A stretch of 64,000 nucleotides of DNA from Nitrosopumilus sp. (GTDB lineage: Archaea > Thermoproteota > Nitrososphaeria > Nitrososphaerales > Nitrosopumilaceae), in assembly GCA_965206745.1 (NCBI GenBank), contig OZ242220.1, positions 1,312,001-1,376,000 on the forward strand. Direction: 5' to 3'. The position numbers and the translations under genes are program-made. This document shows, piece by piece, positions 49,432 through 59,571 of this stretch. Within the stretch, counting starts at the first letter, position 1. Each line of letters starts with the position of its first letter. The notes below the pieces were generated by a model. The model saw only the letters and a program-made list of their open reading frames with translations, was not told the origin of the DNA and made no database searches.

Positions 49432-51492
49432 TTGATTGGAAAATTTGTGAAAACCACAGTAATTTTATCATTATCCATAGCATTTTTAGGAATTTTTATT
49501 TTATCGCATCAGTTAGAGCCTCAAAGTGAAATTAGGACATATCTGCAAAGAAGCACGCCATTTGTTGGTACAGACATTCCCAGAATGGACGGAATAGACG
49601 GATCAGGAATAAAAGTGGCAGTGATAGATACGGGTGTTGACTTTAATCATCCAGATCTTTTTGGGTGGGGACCTGAAGGTAAAGTGATCGGCGGTTTTAA
49701 TTTTATACATGAAGGCAGGCCGCCTCTAGATACAAATGGGCACGGAACCCAAGTTGCAGGGGTAATTGCAGCAGATGGGGAGATTGAGGGCGTCGCGCCA
49801 AAGGCAAAAATTTTAGCTTACAAAGTTTCTGAAAATGGGGAAGGGGTATCATCAGAATTAATTATCAGGGCAATTGAAAAAGCAATTGAGGATGAGGTAG
49901 ACATCATCAACATAAGCTTGGGAGTAAACAAAACAAATATGAAAATTGAACGTGCGGTAAACTTGGCATTGGAGAAAGAAATCTTTGTTGTAACAGCGGC
50001 TGGTAATGACGGGCCAGAATTAAAAACGATAGGTAGTCCTGGAAGGAACTTTGGATCAGTGACAGTGGGCGCAACATACAACAATCTGAATTCCAGTCTA
50101 GTTGCCACTTTACAAATTGATGAAAAACCATATACCATAATTCCAATGGTCGGATCTTCAAAGTTGGAAGAAGCAATTACAGGGAAAATAGTTTTTGGGA
50201 ATTATGGAAAAGTTGAGGATTTTGAGGGAATAGATGCAGAAAACGCAATAGTAATTGTAGAGCGTGGAAGTGATGTTGAGGAGGAATTACTGTATTTTTC
50301 CATCAAAGAGAAAAATGCCGCAAGGGCCGGAGCAAAGGCATTAATTGTTTACAACGACAAGCAGGGAATCTTTTTGGGCGAGTTGATTCATCAATTTGTT
50401 GAAACAGGATACATGCCACAAATTCCAGTAGTGTCCATAGACAGGGAGGAAGGGTTGGAGATCATAGAGTCATTAAAAGAGAACAGCAAAGGGGTGATGC
50501 ATTTGTTTTATAACCCAGATTTCGTAGGCCACTTTAGTTCCAGAGGACCGGTATCGCCATTTTATATCAAACCAGAAATTGTCGCGCCAGGTGCATACAT
50601 CAACACCACGCAAAATAACGCAGGCTATAACTTTACTAGTGGCACAAGTTATGCGGCTCCTCACGTGAGTGGGGCCGCAGCATTGCTTTTACAAAAAAAC
50701 CCCGAAATTCATCACCACGAAATCAAGTCCATATTATTGACCACCGTAAAGGACGTTTCAGACGCCTATGGCCAAGGGTTCTCAATTCATGAAGCAGGAT
50801 CTGGAAGATTGGATATTGGAAGTGCATACAACGCAAAGTTAATCATAATTCCACCCAATTTCGTAGCTAGTGTTTCACCTGAAAAATTGATTGTCGAGCA
50901 AAAATTCGACTTGAAGTTACTTGAGGGCACATTGAACGGTTTGGAGATAGAATTCGAAGGTCCGGAATTTATCAAATTTACACACATTCTTGAGGAAAAC
51001 ACATTGCTTGTAAAGATGAGTGTGGGTGAGGAGAGATTCGGGGAACACGAAGGAAGAATGATTCTCAACCATGAGGGCATCCGTTATGTCATCCCGTTCT
51101 TGTTGCATTATACGCAAGGTTCAATTTCCGTAACTCAACAGAATCAAAAACTTTACTTTGACATCGATCACCCAGAGGAATGGAGCTTTACTAAAATTTC
51201 AGTTGTAAATAGCAAGGATGGGAGCATATCAACTACAACTGCCACACCAGAAAAAAGGGCATCAATTAAAATTTATGAAAATACAGAATACTGGGTGGAT
51301 GCCAAAATTCGAGTAGACGGGAATGCGTCAAATGCCTTTAGTGCAATAAAAGTCAGTTCACTTGAAGAAGATCACGGCATAATAAACATACGAGACATAC
51401 CAGAAAAACAAATTGGGATAATCACCGTAATTCTAATTGGAATTGCAGTGTTTGGTATGGTTAAGAGAAAACAGTCTATTGTGGAATCTTAG
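49432..51492 (+). CDS. S8 subtilisin-like serine peptidase with PA domain, membrane-anchored
   Basis: DTG, HGTQVAG, AAGNDG, GTSYAAPHVSG; N- and C-terminal hydrophobic helices. Confidence 0.93.
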   Translation: MIGKFVKTTVILSLSIAFLGIFILSHQLEPQSEIRTYLQRSTPFVGTDIPRMDGIDGSGIKVAVIDTGVDFNHPDLFGWGPEGKVIGGFNFIHEGRPPLDTNGHGTQVAGVIAADGEIEGVAPKAKILAYKVSENGEGVSSELIIRAIEKAIEDEVDIINISLGVNKTNMKIERAVNLALEKEIFVVTAAGNDGPELKTIGSPGRNFGSVTVGATYNNLNSSLVATLQIDEKPYTIIPMVGSSKLEEAITGKIVFGNYGKVEDFEGIDAENAIVIVERGSDVEEELLYFSIKEKNAARAGAKALIVYNDKQGIFLGELIHQFVETGYMPQIPVVSIDREEGLEIIESLKENSKGVMHLFYNPDFVGHFSSRGPVSPFYIKPEIVAPGAYINTTQNNAGYNFTSGTSYAAPHVSGAAALLLQKNPEIHHHEIKSILLTTVKDVSDAYGQGFSIHEAGSGRLDIGSAYNAKLIIIPPNFVASVSPEKLIVEQKFDLKLLEGTLNGLEIEFEGPEFIKFTHILEENTLLVKMSVGEERFGEHEGRMILNHEGIRYVIPFLLHYTQGSISVTQQNQKLYFDIDHPEEWSFTKISVVNSKDGSISTTTATPEKRASIKIYENTEYWVDAKIRVDGNASNAFSAIKVSSLEEDHGIINIRDIPEKQIGIITVILIGIAVFGMVKRKQSIVES

Positions 51493-53080
51493 GGCCAGCA
51501 TCAACTATTTCAGGCAAGACATTTTCAAATTTCATGAAATTTTCAACAAACATTTGTGCTAGTTTTTTGGCAGAAAGATCATAGGAATCTTTGTCAATCC
51601 AGGTATTTTTTGGATCCAAAATTTCAGAAGGGACGCCTTCTACTTGAACAGGGACATCGAGGTTGAGCAGATCATCGTGTCGGTATTTGACTATATCAAG
51701 TGCGCCAGATATGGCAGCAGTGACCATTGCGCGACTGTATTTGATCTTGATTCTTTTTCCAACCCCGTATGGGCCGCCGGACCATCCCGTATTTACCAAG
51801 TAGACTATGGTATTATGTTGATTAATTTTCTCACCAAGAAGTTTTGCATAAACGGATGCAGATCTAGGCATGAATGGGGCCCCAAAGCACTGGGAAAACA
51901 CAGATTTTGGTTCTTTGATTCCTCTTTCGGTTCCGGCCAACTTGCTAGTATAGCCAGACATGAAATGATACATTGCGCTCTCTTTTGTGAGTCGGGAAAC
52001 AGGAGGTAAAACACCCAATGCATCTGCAGTCAAGAACACAATAACACGGGGATTCCCACCCACGCTAGGTATTACCGCACCGGGTATGTAATCAAGAGGG
52101 TACCCAACACGGGTATTTTCTGTTAATGAGTTATCATCATAATCGGGAACGTTATCCTTTAGGACAACGTTTTCCAAGATTGCACCAGGCTTGATTGCAT
52201 TCCAAATTTCAGGTTCTGCATCCTGGCTGAGGTTGATGCATTTTGCATAGCATCCACCTTCAAAGTTAAAAGTTCCATTATCAGACCAGCCATGCTCATC
52301 ATCACCAATCAATTTTCTGTTAGGATCTGCTGAGAGGGTGGTTTTGCCAGTGCCAGACAATCCAAAGAACAATGCAGTGTCCCCTTTTTCGCCAATATTT
52401 GCAGAGCAGTGCATTGGGAAGATGCCACTTTCAGGTAAAAGAAAGTTCATCACACTGAACATTGATTTTTTCATTTCACCAGCATATTCGGTTCCTCCAA
52501 TCAAAACAATCTTTCGGGTCAAGTCAACCAGGATAAAAACATCAGATCTTGTACCGTCGATTTCAGGGTCCGCCAAAAAATCGTTTATGCACAAGATTGT
52601 AAATTCCGGTTCATGTTTTTCTAACTCTTCGTTTGTAGGTCTGATAAACAGATTGCTAGAAAACATACTCTGCCACACATGATCATTAATCACTCTGATT
52701 GGCAGACGAGTTTCAGGGTCAGCGCCTACAAAACCATCAAAAACAAACAGTTCTTTATTATCAACAAAGTCCTTCATTTTTTCAAAGAGTTTTTCAAATT
52801 TGCCGCTTGGGAATTGGTGGTTAATTTTTCCCCAATCAACTGTATCGTGTGTTTTATCATCATATACGATAAACCGGTCATCAGGGGATCTGCCAGTATA
52901 TTTGCCTGTGTTTACAGAAAGTGAGCCAGTAGAATTTACAATGCCCTCGTTCCTTTCAACTGCCAATCTTACCATATCATCCACGCTTAGGTTTCGGTGG
53001 ACTTTGGAGGGTTTGATCCCAAAAGCAATCAATTGTGAAGAGAATTTCTCAGTTGATGCAGTACCAAGTAATTGGGTCAG
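51476..53080 (-). CDS. pckA: phosphoenolpyruvate carboxykinase (ATP)
   Basis: TGRSP, YAGEMKK, GLSGTGKTTLS, IGDDEHGW, FEGGCYAK; start is CTG 53080 (with SD) or TTG 53032. Confidence 0.95.
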   Translation of the reverse strand: MTQLLGTASTEKFSSQLIAFGIKPSKVHRNLSVDDMVRLAVERNEGIVNSTGSLSVNTGKYTGRSPDDRFIVYDDKTHDTVDWGKINHQFPSGKFEKLFEKMKDFVDNKELFVFDGFVGADPETRLPIRVINDHVWQSMFSSNLFIRPTNEELEKHEPEFTILCINDFLADPEIDGTRSDVFILVDLTRKIVLIGGTEYAGEMKKSMFSVMNFLLPESGIFPMHCSANIGEKGDTALFFGLSGTGKTTLSADPNRKLIGDDEHGWSDNGTFNFEGGCYAKCINLSQDAEPEIWNAIKPGAILENVVLKDNVPDYDDNSLTENTRVGYPLDYIPGAVIPSVGGNPRVIVFLTADALGVLPPVSRLTKESAMYHFMSGYTSKLAGTERGIKEPKSVFSQCFGAPFMPRSASVYAKLLGEKINQHNTIVYLVNTGWSGGPYGVGKRIKIKYSRAMVTAAISGALDIVKYRHDDLLNLDVPVQVEGVPSEILDPKNTWIDKDSYDLSAKKLAQMFVENFMKFENVLPEIVDAGPKIPQ

Positions 53081-53227
53081 AGGATTATGCCTCCAAAAAT
53101 AATTTTGTCAATCCCAGGCAGATTCATGAGATAATCGATCCGCCTAGGTTTCCTTATTATCTTTTTCTTATAGAGAATTTTTTTCCACCTAGGAACGTAT
53201 TTATTCTAAAATTCAAGACTCAATCTC

Positions 53228-53632
53228 ATGACGATCAACAAGGAATTACTTGCAAAGAGACAGGAGGCCAAAGAGCACAAGCCTGACTTTGTCAGGCCAG
53301 AAAGTTGGCGTTATGTGAGACTCCAAACCAATTGGAGAAAACCAAAAGGTATTGATCACCATCAGAGAAAACAGAAAAGCAGAGGTCGTCCGGGTCTCGT
53401 CAAGGTCGGATACGGCGGACCTAAAGTTGCAAGAGGACTGCACCCTTCAGGATTTACAGATAACCTAGTTTTCAACTTGAAGGATTTGGAGGGGCTGGAT
53501 CCAAAAAAAGATGGCGTGAGATTTGGCCACAGTGTCGGAACCAGGAAAAGAAAGGAGATCATAGTTAAAGCAATTGAACAAAAATTCAAAATTTTTAATG
53601 CCAGGGTGAGTGCAAGTGGTAGTAAACCTTAA
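53228..53632 (+). CDS. rpl32e: 50S ribosomal protein L32e
   Basis: WRKPKGID, VGYG, RGLHPSG. Confidence 0.97.
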   Translation: MTINKELLAKRQEAKEHKPDFVRPESWRYVRLQTNWRKPKGIDHHQRKQKSRGRPGLVKVGYGGPKVARGLHPSGFTDNLVFNLKDLEGLDPKKDGVRFGHSVGTRKRKEIIVKAIEQKFKIFNARVSASGSKP

Positions 53633-54071
53633 AGCTAAAAAAAGGCTTGCAGCCAGGGTTACGGGTGTCGGAGTCAACAGAATCAGATTTGATTCAGACC
53701 ATTTGGATGAGATTGCAGATGCAATTACAAGAGAAAACATCAGAAGCCTCATAACAGCAAACACGATCAAGGTTAAATCATTTACAGGAACATCAAGGGG
53801 AAGGGCACACCAAAAGAAAGCTCAGAGAAATAAGAGGGGTACAACTCAGGGTTCCAAGCAGGGAACCAAGGGTGCAAGAGTAGGCAAGAAGGAAGTCTAT
53901 GTTGCAAAGGTAAGGGCACTCAGGCGACTATTGAAAATTGCAAAAGACAGAAAAGACTTGACCAACCCAGAATTCTGGACCCTTTACAAAAAGGTCGGCG
54001 GAAACACAGTTAGAAACAAGGCACATCTGAGAACTCTGATGGAAGAGATCAAAGAAAAACGAAAAGATTAG
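53616..54071 (+). CDS. rpl19e: 50S ribosomal protein L19e
   Basis: KRLAA, ITRENIR, GTSRGR. Confidence 0.97.
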   Translation: MVVNLKAKKRLAARVTGVGVNRIRFDSDHLDEIADAITRENIRSLITANTIKVKSFTGTSRGRAHQKKAQRNKRGTTQGSKQGTKGARVGKKEVYVAKVRALRRLLKIAKDRKDLTNPEFWTLYKKVGGNTVRNKAHLRTLMEEIKEKRKD

Positions 54072-54367
54072 AATCTATAAAGCATACTTTCCAATTCCAC
54101 AACTTTGCCATTTTGAATCTTTATCCCTTCATCATTTAGCATCTTTGTTTTTACATGCTCACCATAAGCATATCCGCCAATTTTTCCACTGGACATTACA
54201 ACCCTATGGCAGGGAATAATTACAGGATACGGATTTTTGTTCATTATCCTTCCAATTGCCCGTTGGCCATTTTTTAATCCAACAGCTTTTGCCAAATCCC
54301 CATAAGTGGTAATTTGTCCTTTGGGAACCTCGAGTAATTTTTTGTAGATCTTTTGTTCAAGATTCAT
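54068..54367 (-). CDS. ogt: methylated-DNA-protein-cysteine methyltransferase
   Basis: TTYGDLA, IIPCHRVV. Confidence 0.93.
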   Translation of the reverse strand: MNLEQKIYKKLLEVPKGQITTYGDLAKAVGLKNGQRAIGRIMNKNPYPVIIPCHRVVMSSGKIGGYAYGEHVKTKMLNDEGIKIQNGKVVELESMLYRF

Positions 54368-55140
54368 AGTTTGATGACCTCGAGTTCTGTGGATTCAAGA
54401 AGATCAAGTATCTTTTGTTTGGAAGAACCAAGTCCACGCCAATCCAAGAGAGCAGTTTTTGCCATGCTATTTTGTTCCAAAATATGAGAAAACAGTCTTT
54501 CGTCAAGATCATCTAACGCATGCTTTGGAACAACTGTCCCAAGGGCATATTTTCCACCTAGCAACTCATTTGTGAATTTTGACGGATAATGAGTTCCGCC
54601 AAAACAGATTGCCACAGGATGTTCCTTAATCGGCTCAGACATTACTTTGTGGACCAATAATGCAACAGAGTTGCACAGAGACTCATCGGTCCATTGTTTT
54701 TCAGTGGTGCCGATTTCTACAAATATCGAGGGTTTGGTCAGTGCAGTAGGCCCATGGTGAGTTGCCTCTATAGTGATTTGGAAATCCGGAAATTGCGATT
54801 GGTTTTTCTTTAAGGTTTGAAGATACATTTTTTGAAAATCAGGTTTCGGAACTGCCACCTGGTTATCATTCCCACCGAATTTTGCAGTAGAAAAGTTTCC
54901 AGTACTATGACACGTCAAAGCCAACACTCCGGATTCAGCTGCATGTTTTGAGAGAAAGACAAATCCATCATAGTCATATTTTTCTTCCAACCAATCAGCG
55001 GAAATTGCAGGCGTCTGAATAACTACAAGATCATAGTATTGTCCGTGAAAAATATCGCCGTCCTTAGACATTTCTTGGGAAAGATATTTTGCCATATTAT
55101 GACCTGCAGGGTCATCCTGATACGCAACTAGCAATTCCAT
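54364..55140 (-). CDS. dtdA: D-aminoacyl-tRNA deacylase (archaeal DTD2)
   Basis: FLSKH, LTCHSTGN, EATHHGP, FVEIG, FGGTHY. Confidence 0.93.
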   Translation of the reverse strand: MELLVAYQDDPAGHNMAKYLSQEMSKDGDIFHGQYYDLVVIQTPAISADWLEEKYDYDGFVFLSKHAAESGVLALTCHSTGNFSTAKFGGNDNQVAVPKPDFQKMYLQTLKKNQSQFPDFQITIEATHHGPTALTKPSIFVEIGTTEKQWTDESLCNSVALLVHKVMSEPIKEHPVAICFGGTHYPSKFTNELLGGKYALGTVVPKHALDDLDERLFSHILEQNSMAKTALLDWRGLGSSKQKILDLLESTELEVIKL

Positions 55141-55179
55141 GAGATAAGAGATATAAGACCACTTTATTAATTTCCAACA

Positions 55180-55353
55180 ATGAACCCTAGACAAACTTTG
55201 AAAAACATGGCCAATACCCTGAAAATGGCCAAAAAACCAGACAAGGATGAGTATCAGCAACATCTCAGGCTAGTCTTGTTAGGAATAGCAGGGGTAGGAG
55301 CTATCGGTTTTACAATTCAGTTTGTCTTTTCTGTAATTACATATGAAGGGTAA
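55180..55353 (+). CDS. secE: protein translocase subunit SecE/Sec61-gamma
   Basis: Translated by hand: ...LKMAKKPDKDEYQQHLRLVLLGIAGVGAIGFTIQF...; directly before spt5. Confidence 0.93.
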   Translation: MNPRQTLKNMANTLKMAKKPDKDEYQQHLRLVLLGIAGVGAIGFTIQFVFSVITYEG

Positions 55354-55355
55354 AA

Positions 55356-55814
55356 TTGTCTGAGGAAATTAAATCACATTTATTTGCAATTAGGACCACA
55401 GGAGGACAAGAAAAAGTAGTAATGAGACTGTTGGAGGCAAAGGCTAATGCAAATCAGATTAACATTCAATCAGTATTTTGGGTAGGCGACTTGAAGGGGT
55501 ACGTCGTCATAGAGGCAATCAATCCCAGTGATGCCTACATGGCAGTAGAAGGAGTCAGACATATTCGAGGTCAGCTAAGGGGGGAATTGGAATTCAAAGA
55601 TATCGAAGGATATCTAGTAAAGAAATCAACGGTTTCACAATTGGCAATAGATAACATAGTGGAGATCACAGGTGGACCATTTAAGGGAATGAAGGCGACA
55701 ATTACCAGAATTGACATAGACAAGGAAGAGGCAACGGTAGTTTTGCTAGATGCATCATATCAATTACCAGTCACAGTAGACGCAAACTACCTAAAGCTAT
55801 CCAGTGAGGCTTAG
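55356..55814 (+). CDS. spt5: transcription elongation factor Spt5
   Basis: TTGGQE, LKGYVVIEA, KOW motif VEITGGPFKG. Confidence 0.96.
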   Translation: MSEEIKSHLFAIRTTGGQEKVVMRLLEAKANANQINIQSVFWVGDLKGYVVIEAINPSDAYMAVEGVRHIRGQLRGELEFKDIEGYLVKKSTVSQLAIDNIVEITGGPFKGMKATITRIDIDKEEATVVLLDASYQLPVTVDANYLKLSSEA

Positions 55815-55849
55815 TAAGGATTAAATTTTCAATTTGAGTTTGATTTAAC

Positions 55850-56329
55850 ATGGGAGAACAAAAAGTATCATCACTTGTAACAGGCGGAGGAGCATCAGCA
55901 GGCCCTCCCTTAGGCCCCGCATTAGGGCCCCTAGGAGTCAACATCATGCAAGTCATTCAAACAATTAATGACAAGACAAAGGATTTCGAGGGAATGAAAG
56001 TTCCAGTGACAGTAATTGTAGATACGGATACAAAAAAATATGAAATTGAGATTGGGATCCCATCGGCTGCAGCACTCATATTAAAAGAGGCAGGAATCCA
56101 GAAAGGCTCAGGAACATCAGGTACCGAATGGGTCGGAGACGTTACAATGGATTCAGTTGTCAAAGTGGCAAATACCAAGATTGCCAAATCCTATGCCTCA
56201 TCATTAAAATCAGTTGCAAAGACAATCATCGGAACCTGTCTTGCATTGGGAATCAAGGTGGAGGGAAAGACCCCAAAAGAGATTACAGTCGAGATCAATG
56301 AGGGCAAATGGGATGAAAAATTCCAATAG
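55850..56329 (+). CDS. rpl11: 50S ribosomal protein L11
   Basis: AGPPLGPALGPLG. Confidence 0.97.
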   Translation: MGEQKVSSLVTGGGASAGPPLGPALGPLGVNIMQVIQTINDKTKDFEGMKVPVTVIVDTDTKKYEIEIGIPSAAALILKEAGIQKGSGTSGTEWVGDVTMDSVVKVANTKIAKSYASSLKSVAKTIIGTCLALGIKVEGKTPKEITVEINEGKWDEKFQ

Positions 56330-56785
56330 TTACTGAATTAGATATACAGGATCTTTGTCGGTTTTTTGCAACTCTACGAATGTTTCAGTATTTTGAATGC
56401 CTTGAATTTTCCCGATTTTTGCAATTACAATGGAGTGTAGTGCCTCCAGATCCTTAGCATAAACGTGAATCATGATATCAAACCTGCCAGTTACCTCTGA
56501 AATGGATACTATTTCTGCAGTTTCCATGAGTTTTTTATGAATTGCATCCTTAAACTTTGGATCTCGGTTTATTCCAACAGAGGCCTTTACATTTATCCCC
56601 AAAAGGGAATCATCAATCTCAATTGTGAATTTTTTGATGAGTTTCTTCTTTATCAGTCTCTTGATTCGGCTGTAAAGGACAGACGCGTTAATGTCAAGTT
56701 TTTTGGATAGTGTGGGAACAGAGATTGCGCCATCAGTGGTAAGTTCAAAAAGTAATTTCATATCCAACTCATCAAAACGGTGCAA
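56330..56785 (-). CDS. Lrp/AsnC family transcriptional regulator
   Basis: DELDMKLL, HTH, EVTGRFD RAM domain. Confidence 0.93.
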   Translation of the reverse strand: MHRFDELDMKLLFELTTDGAISVPTLSKKLDINASVLYSRIKRLIKKKLIKKFTIEIDDSLLGINVKASVGINRDPKFKDAIHKKLMETAEIVSISEVTGRFDIMIHVYAKDLEALHSIVIAKIGKIQGIQNTETFVELQKTDKDPVYLIQ

Positions 56786-56952
56786 TGTGCTTGAAAAATA
56801 TGCTCCTGATTTAATATATGTAGGTTTTTAACATAATTTCGACTATAATTGTAATAATTTTAGTGAAAAAATGTAATTTTTTAAAATAATTGATTGCTAA
56901 AAAACTCAATCTCTAAAGGATTTTAAGTAGGTTTTCTAGAAAATGTTTCGTA

Positions 56953-57615
56953 ATGATTACAGATGCCAGTATTACTGAGATGATAAAACAAGCAAAGACA
57001 GGAACAAAAGAGAGAAAGTTCAAACAGTCCATAGAATTAATCGTCACTTTCAAAGATATTGATGTGAAGAAAGGATTTGCAATTAACGAAGTTGTTCAAC
57101 TTCCAAAGACCAGTTCTCCTGCAACTGTGTGCATCATTGCCACAGGGGATATGAGTCAAAAGGCAAAGGCTGCAAAAGCAGACTCGGTAATAGGAATAGA
57201 AGAATTAGAAAGATTCGGAACCAACAAGAGAGAGTCCCGAAAATTCATCAACAATTATGATTTCTTTTTGGCAGATACCAAAGTCATGCCACTTGTAGGT
57301 AAGACACTAGGCCAGCTTTTAGGCCCCAGAGGAAAGATGCCAACGCCAGTTCCTTTTGATGCATCCATTGAAGCATTCCTGGAAAGATTTAGATCATGCA
57401 TCAAAGTAAGAACGAGGGCATCACTATCAATCTCATCTAAAATCGGAGACGTGTCTATGGATGAGGCAGATTTGACGATTAATGCCCACACAGTTCTCAA
57501 TGCAATAGAGAAGAAATTGCCAAACGGAGAGAAGAACATGAAAAAGATTCTAATTAAAACCACAATGGGCAAGCCGATAAAATTAGCACAAGAGGTTAAG
57601 AAAAAATATGCATGA
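56953..57615 (+). CDS. rpl1: 50S ribosomal protein L1
   Basis: RKFKQSIEL, LGPRGKMP, KTTMGKP. Confidence 0.97.
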   Translation: MITDASITEMIKQAKTGTKERKFKQSIELIVTFKDIDVKKGFAINEVVQLPKTSSPATVCIIATGDMSQKAKAAKADSVIGIEELERFGTNKRESRKFINNYDFFLADTKVMPLVGKTLGQLLGPRGKMPTPVPFDASIEAFLERFRSCIKVRTRASLSISSKIGDVSMDEADLTINAHTVLNAIEKKLPNGEKNMKKILIKTTMGKPIKLAQEVKKKYA

Positions 57616-58474
57616 GAATAGAACCACCTACCCCAAGAGAAAGGCCCAAATGTACCAGCAGTTACAAGAATTGCCAAAAAAATACAAAGTTCTAGCCATA
57701 ATCAAAATGAGAAAAGTCCGCTCTACACAAATTCTCCCTTTAAGAAAAACACTGGCAGGGGATGTAGAGTTTTTCAGCATCAAGGATAAAGTCGCAAAGA
57801 AGGCATTTGAAAAATTAGATGTGCCAGGAGTCAAAGACATTGCAGACAAACTAACAGGACAATGCATGTTCCTATTTACAGACATGTCACCATTCAAGCT
57901 AAACGTTCTTCTTGCCAAAAACAGAGTTATGATGGCAGCAAGAGGGGGGGATCTTGCAAGTTTTGACATTGTGGTTCCTGCCAAAAACACAGGAATCGCA
58001 CCGGGGCCAATGCTTACAGAGTTTAAGGATGCAGGAATTCCAACCAAAATTGATCAAGGAACCATTTGGATTGCAAAAGACAGCACACCTGTTCTCAAAG
58101 GCGAGGCGATCAATGAAAAACTGGCATCCATTCTAGGCAAGTTAGACATCAAACCAGTAGAGGCGGGAATTTCACTATCATCGGCACTGGAGGGAGGAAC
58201 CGTATATGCAGAGCAAGAAATGGTAATTGATGTTGAGAAGATCAGAGACGCATTTGCTCAATTCCACCAAGAAGCAGTATCACTATCAATTGAGGCAGCA
58301 TATGTCACAGCGGAGAACATTTCACAGATTCTCAGCAAGGCTGCACAGTCTGCACGTTCCGTATCTGTAGAGTCAGGCTTTATCACTGATGAGACAAAGG
58401 AACAGATCTTGCAAAAAGCAGATTCCCAAGCAAGAGCAGTTGCTGGACAGGCAAAAGATTACACACCTGCCTAA
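57608..58474 (+). CDS. rpl10: 50S ribosomal protein L10 (P0)
   Basis: TGIAPGP, GIPTKIDQGTI, LGKLDIKP. Confidence 0.96.
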   Translation: MHENRTTYPKRKAQMYQQLQELPKKYKVLAIIKMRKVRSTQILPLRKTLAGDVEFFSIKDKVAKKAFEKLDVPGVKDIADKLTGQCMFLFTDMSPFKLNVLLAKNRVMMAARGGDLASFDIVVPAKNTGIAPGPMLTEFKDAGIPTKIDQGTIWIAKDSTPVLKGEAINEKLASILGKLDIKPVEAGISLSSALEGGTVYAEQEMVIDVEKIRDAFAQFHQEAVSLSIEAAYVTAENISQILSKAAQSARSVSVESGFITDETKEQILQKADSQARAVAGQAKDYTPA

Positions 58475-58641
58475 GTCCTTCTGACCCTATAGGCAAATTC
58501 CAGTCATACTTTATTGCGGTCTGTTGCATGACATCTCTAGGCGATAAAGAAATCGCCGATTCATCATGCCCAGAGTCATGTGACAAAGCAAGATTTGATA
58601 AAAACAAGGATGAAAAATAAATTTGATAAAAATAAAGTCGC

Positions 58642-58941
58642 CTAGCCAAACAGGGAAGACAGTCCTTCCATGGCTGCCTCTTCGTTTTTAGGCTCTTCTT
58701 TCTTTTTCTCTGCTGCCGGGGCCTCTGCTTTTGCTGCCGGGGCTGTGGTTGCTGCTGCAACTGCTACAGGGGCGGCTTTGACTGCATCATCGATGTTGAC
58801 ATCGGCCAAGGCTGCAACTAGTGATTTAACTTGGGCCTCATTTACTTCAGCACCAGATGCCTTGACAACTGATGTGAGGTTGGCCTCGTTAACTTCTTTG
58901 CTTAGTTTGTGGAGAAGTAAAGCAGCGTAAACATATTCCAT
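58642..58941 (-). CDS. rpl12: 50S ribosomal protein L12 (P1)
   Basis: [11 protein letters not shown], Ala-rich hinge, EGLSSLFG. Confidence 0.97.
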   Translation of the reverse strand: MEYVYAALLLHKLSKEVNEANLTSVVKASGAEVNEAQVKSLVAALADVNIDDAVKAAPVAVAAATTAPAAKAEAPAAEKKKEEPKNEEAAMEGLSSLFG

Positions 58942-59382
58942 TGTATCAGGATTTTCTTGGGGCATAATATAAAACTATGGAGAAATTCTGACTCTGGTCA
59001 AGATTAATGATCTCTCCCAGTTACTGTTCAATGGTGAGATAAAACACGATCTTCTTCGAATTCAAAAAAACACTCCGGCTTTGATCAAATACAGTGATCA
59101 GATCACCCTTTATGACCAGAGTGCGTTTTTCTACATTCATCGTTAGTCATTGTATGGAAATAACTATCACATTGCCTGAATCTAGTCTTACTATCTAGAT
59201 ATGTTCCGAGATATTGTTCACATTAATTTTTTAATTATGGTTTTTAGGAAATTGGAATCGATTAGAGATGATTTTATGCATAGACAAACCCACATTAGCT
59301 TATCATCTGATTATGAATCGGAAGAAGACATCTATTTATGATCAGGACTACATTTATCTAATTAAAACTGTTAATACACAAC

Positions 59383-59571
59383 ATGAATGATACAGTGCAG
59401 TACACTAGAATACGGGTATCAGATATTGATGATGAAATAAAAATGGTTTCAGAATTGAGAAAAATAGGCAATCCTTTCAAAGTCATCTCTAAAACAGATT
59501 ATATAATATCAAACAAACAATGTAAAGTTTTGAGAAATAAAAAAATACCCTACAAAGTTATTAAAGAATGA
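59383..59571 (+). CDS. small hypothetical protein (62 aa) in an AT-rich insert
   Basis: ATGA overlap with the next gene; TATA-like TTTATCTAA upstream. Confidence 0.6.
   Translation: MNDTVQYTRIRVSDIDDEIKMVSELRKIGNPFKVISKTDYIISNKQCKVLRNKKIPYKVIKE

Noticed and set aside
58475-58641. Short ORF, hairpin GGCGAT-AAAGAA-ATCGCC and duplicated ATTTGATAAAAA between rpl10 and rpl12
   Set aside because: Consistent with a termination region between convergent genes; not enough evidence for a separate feature.
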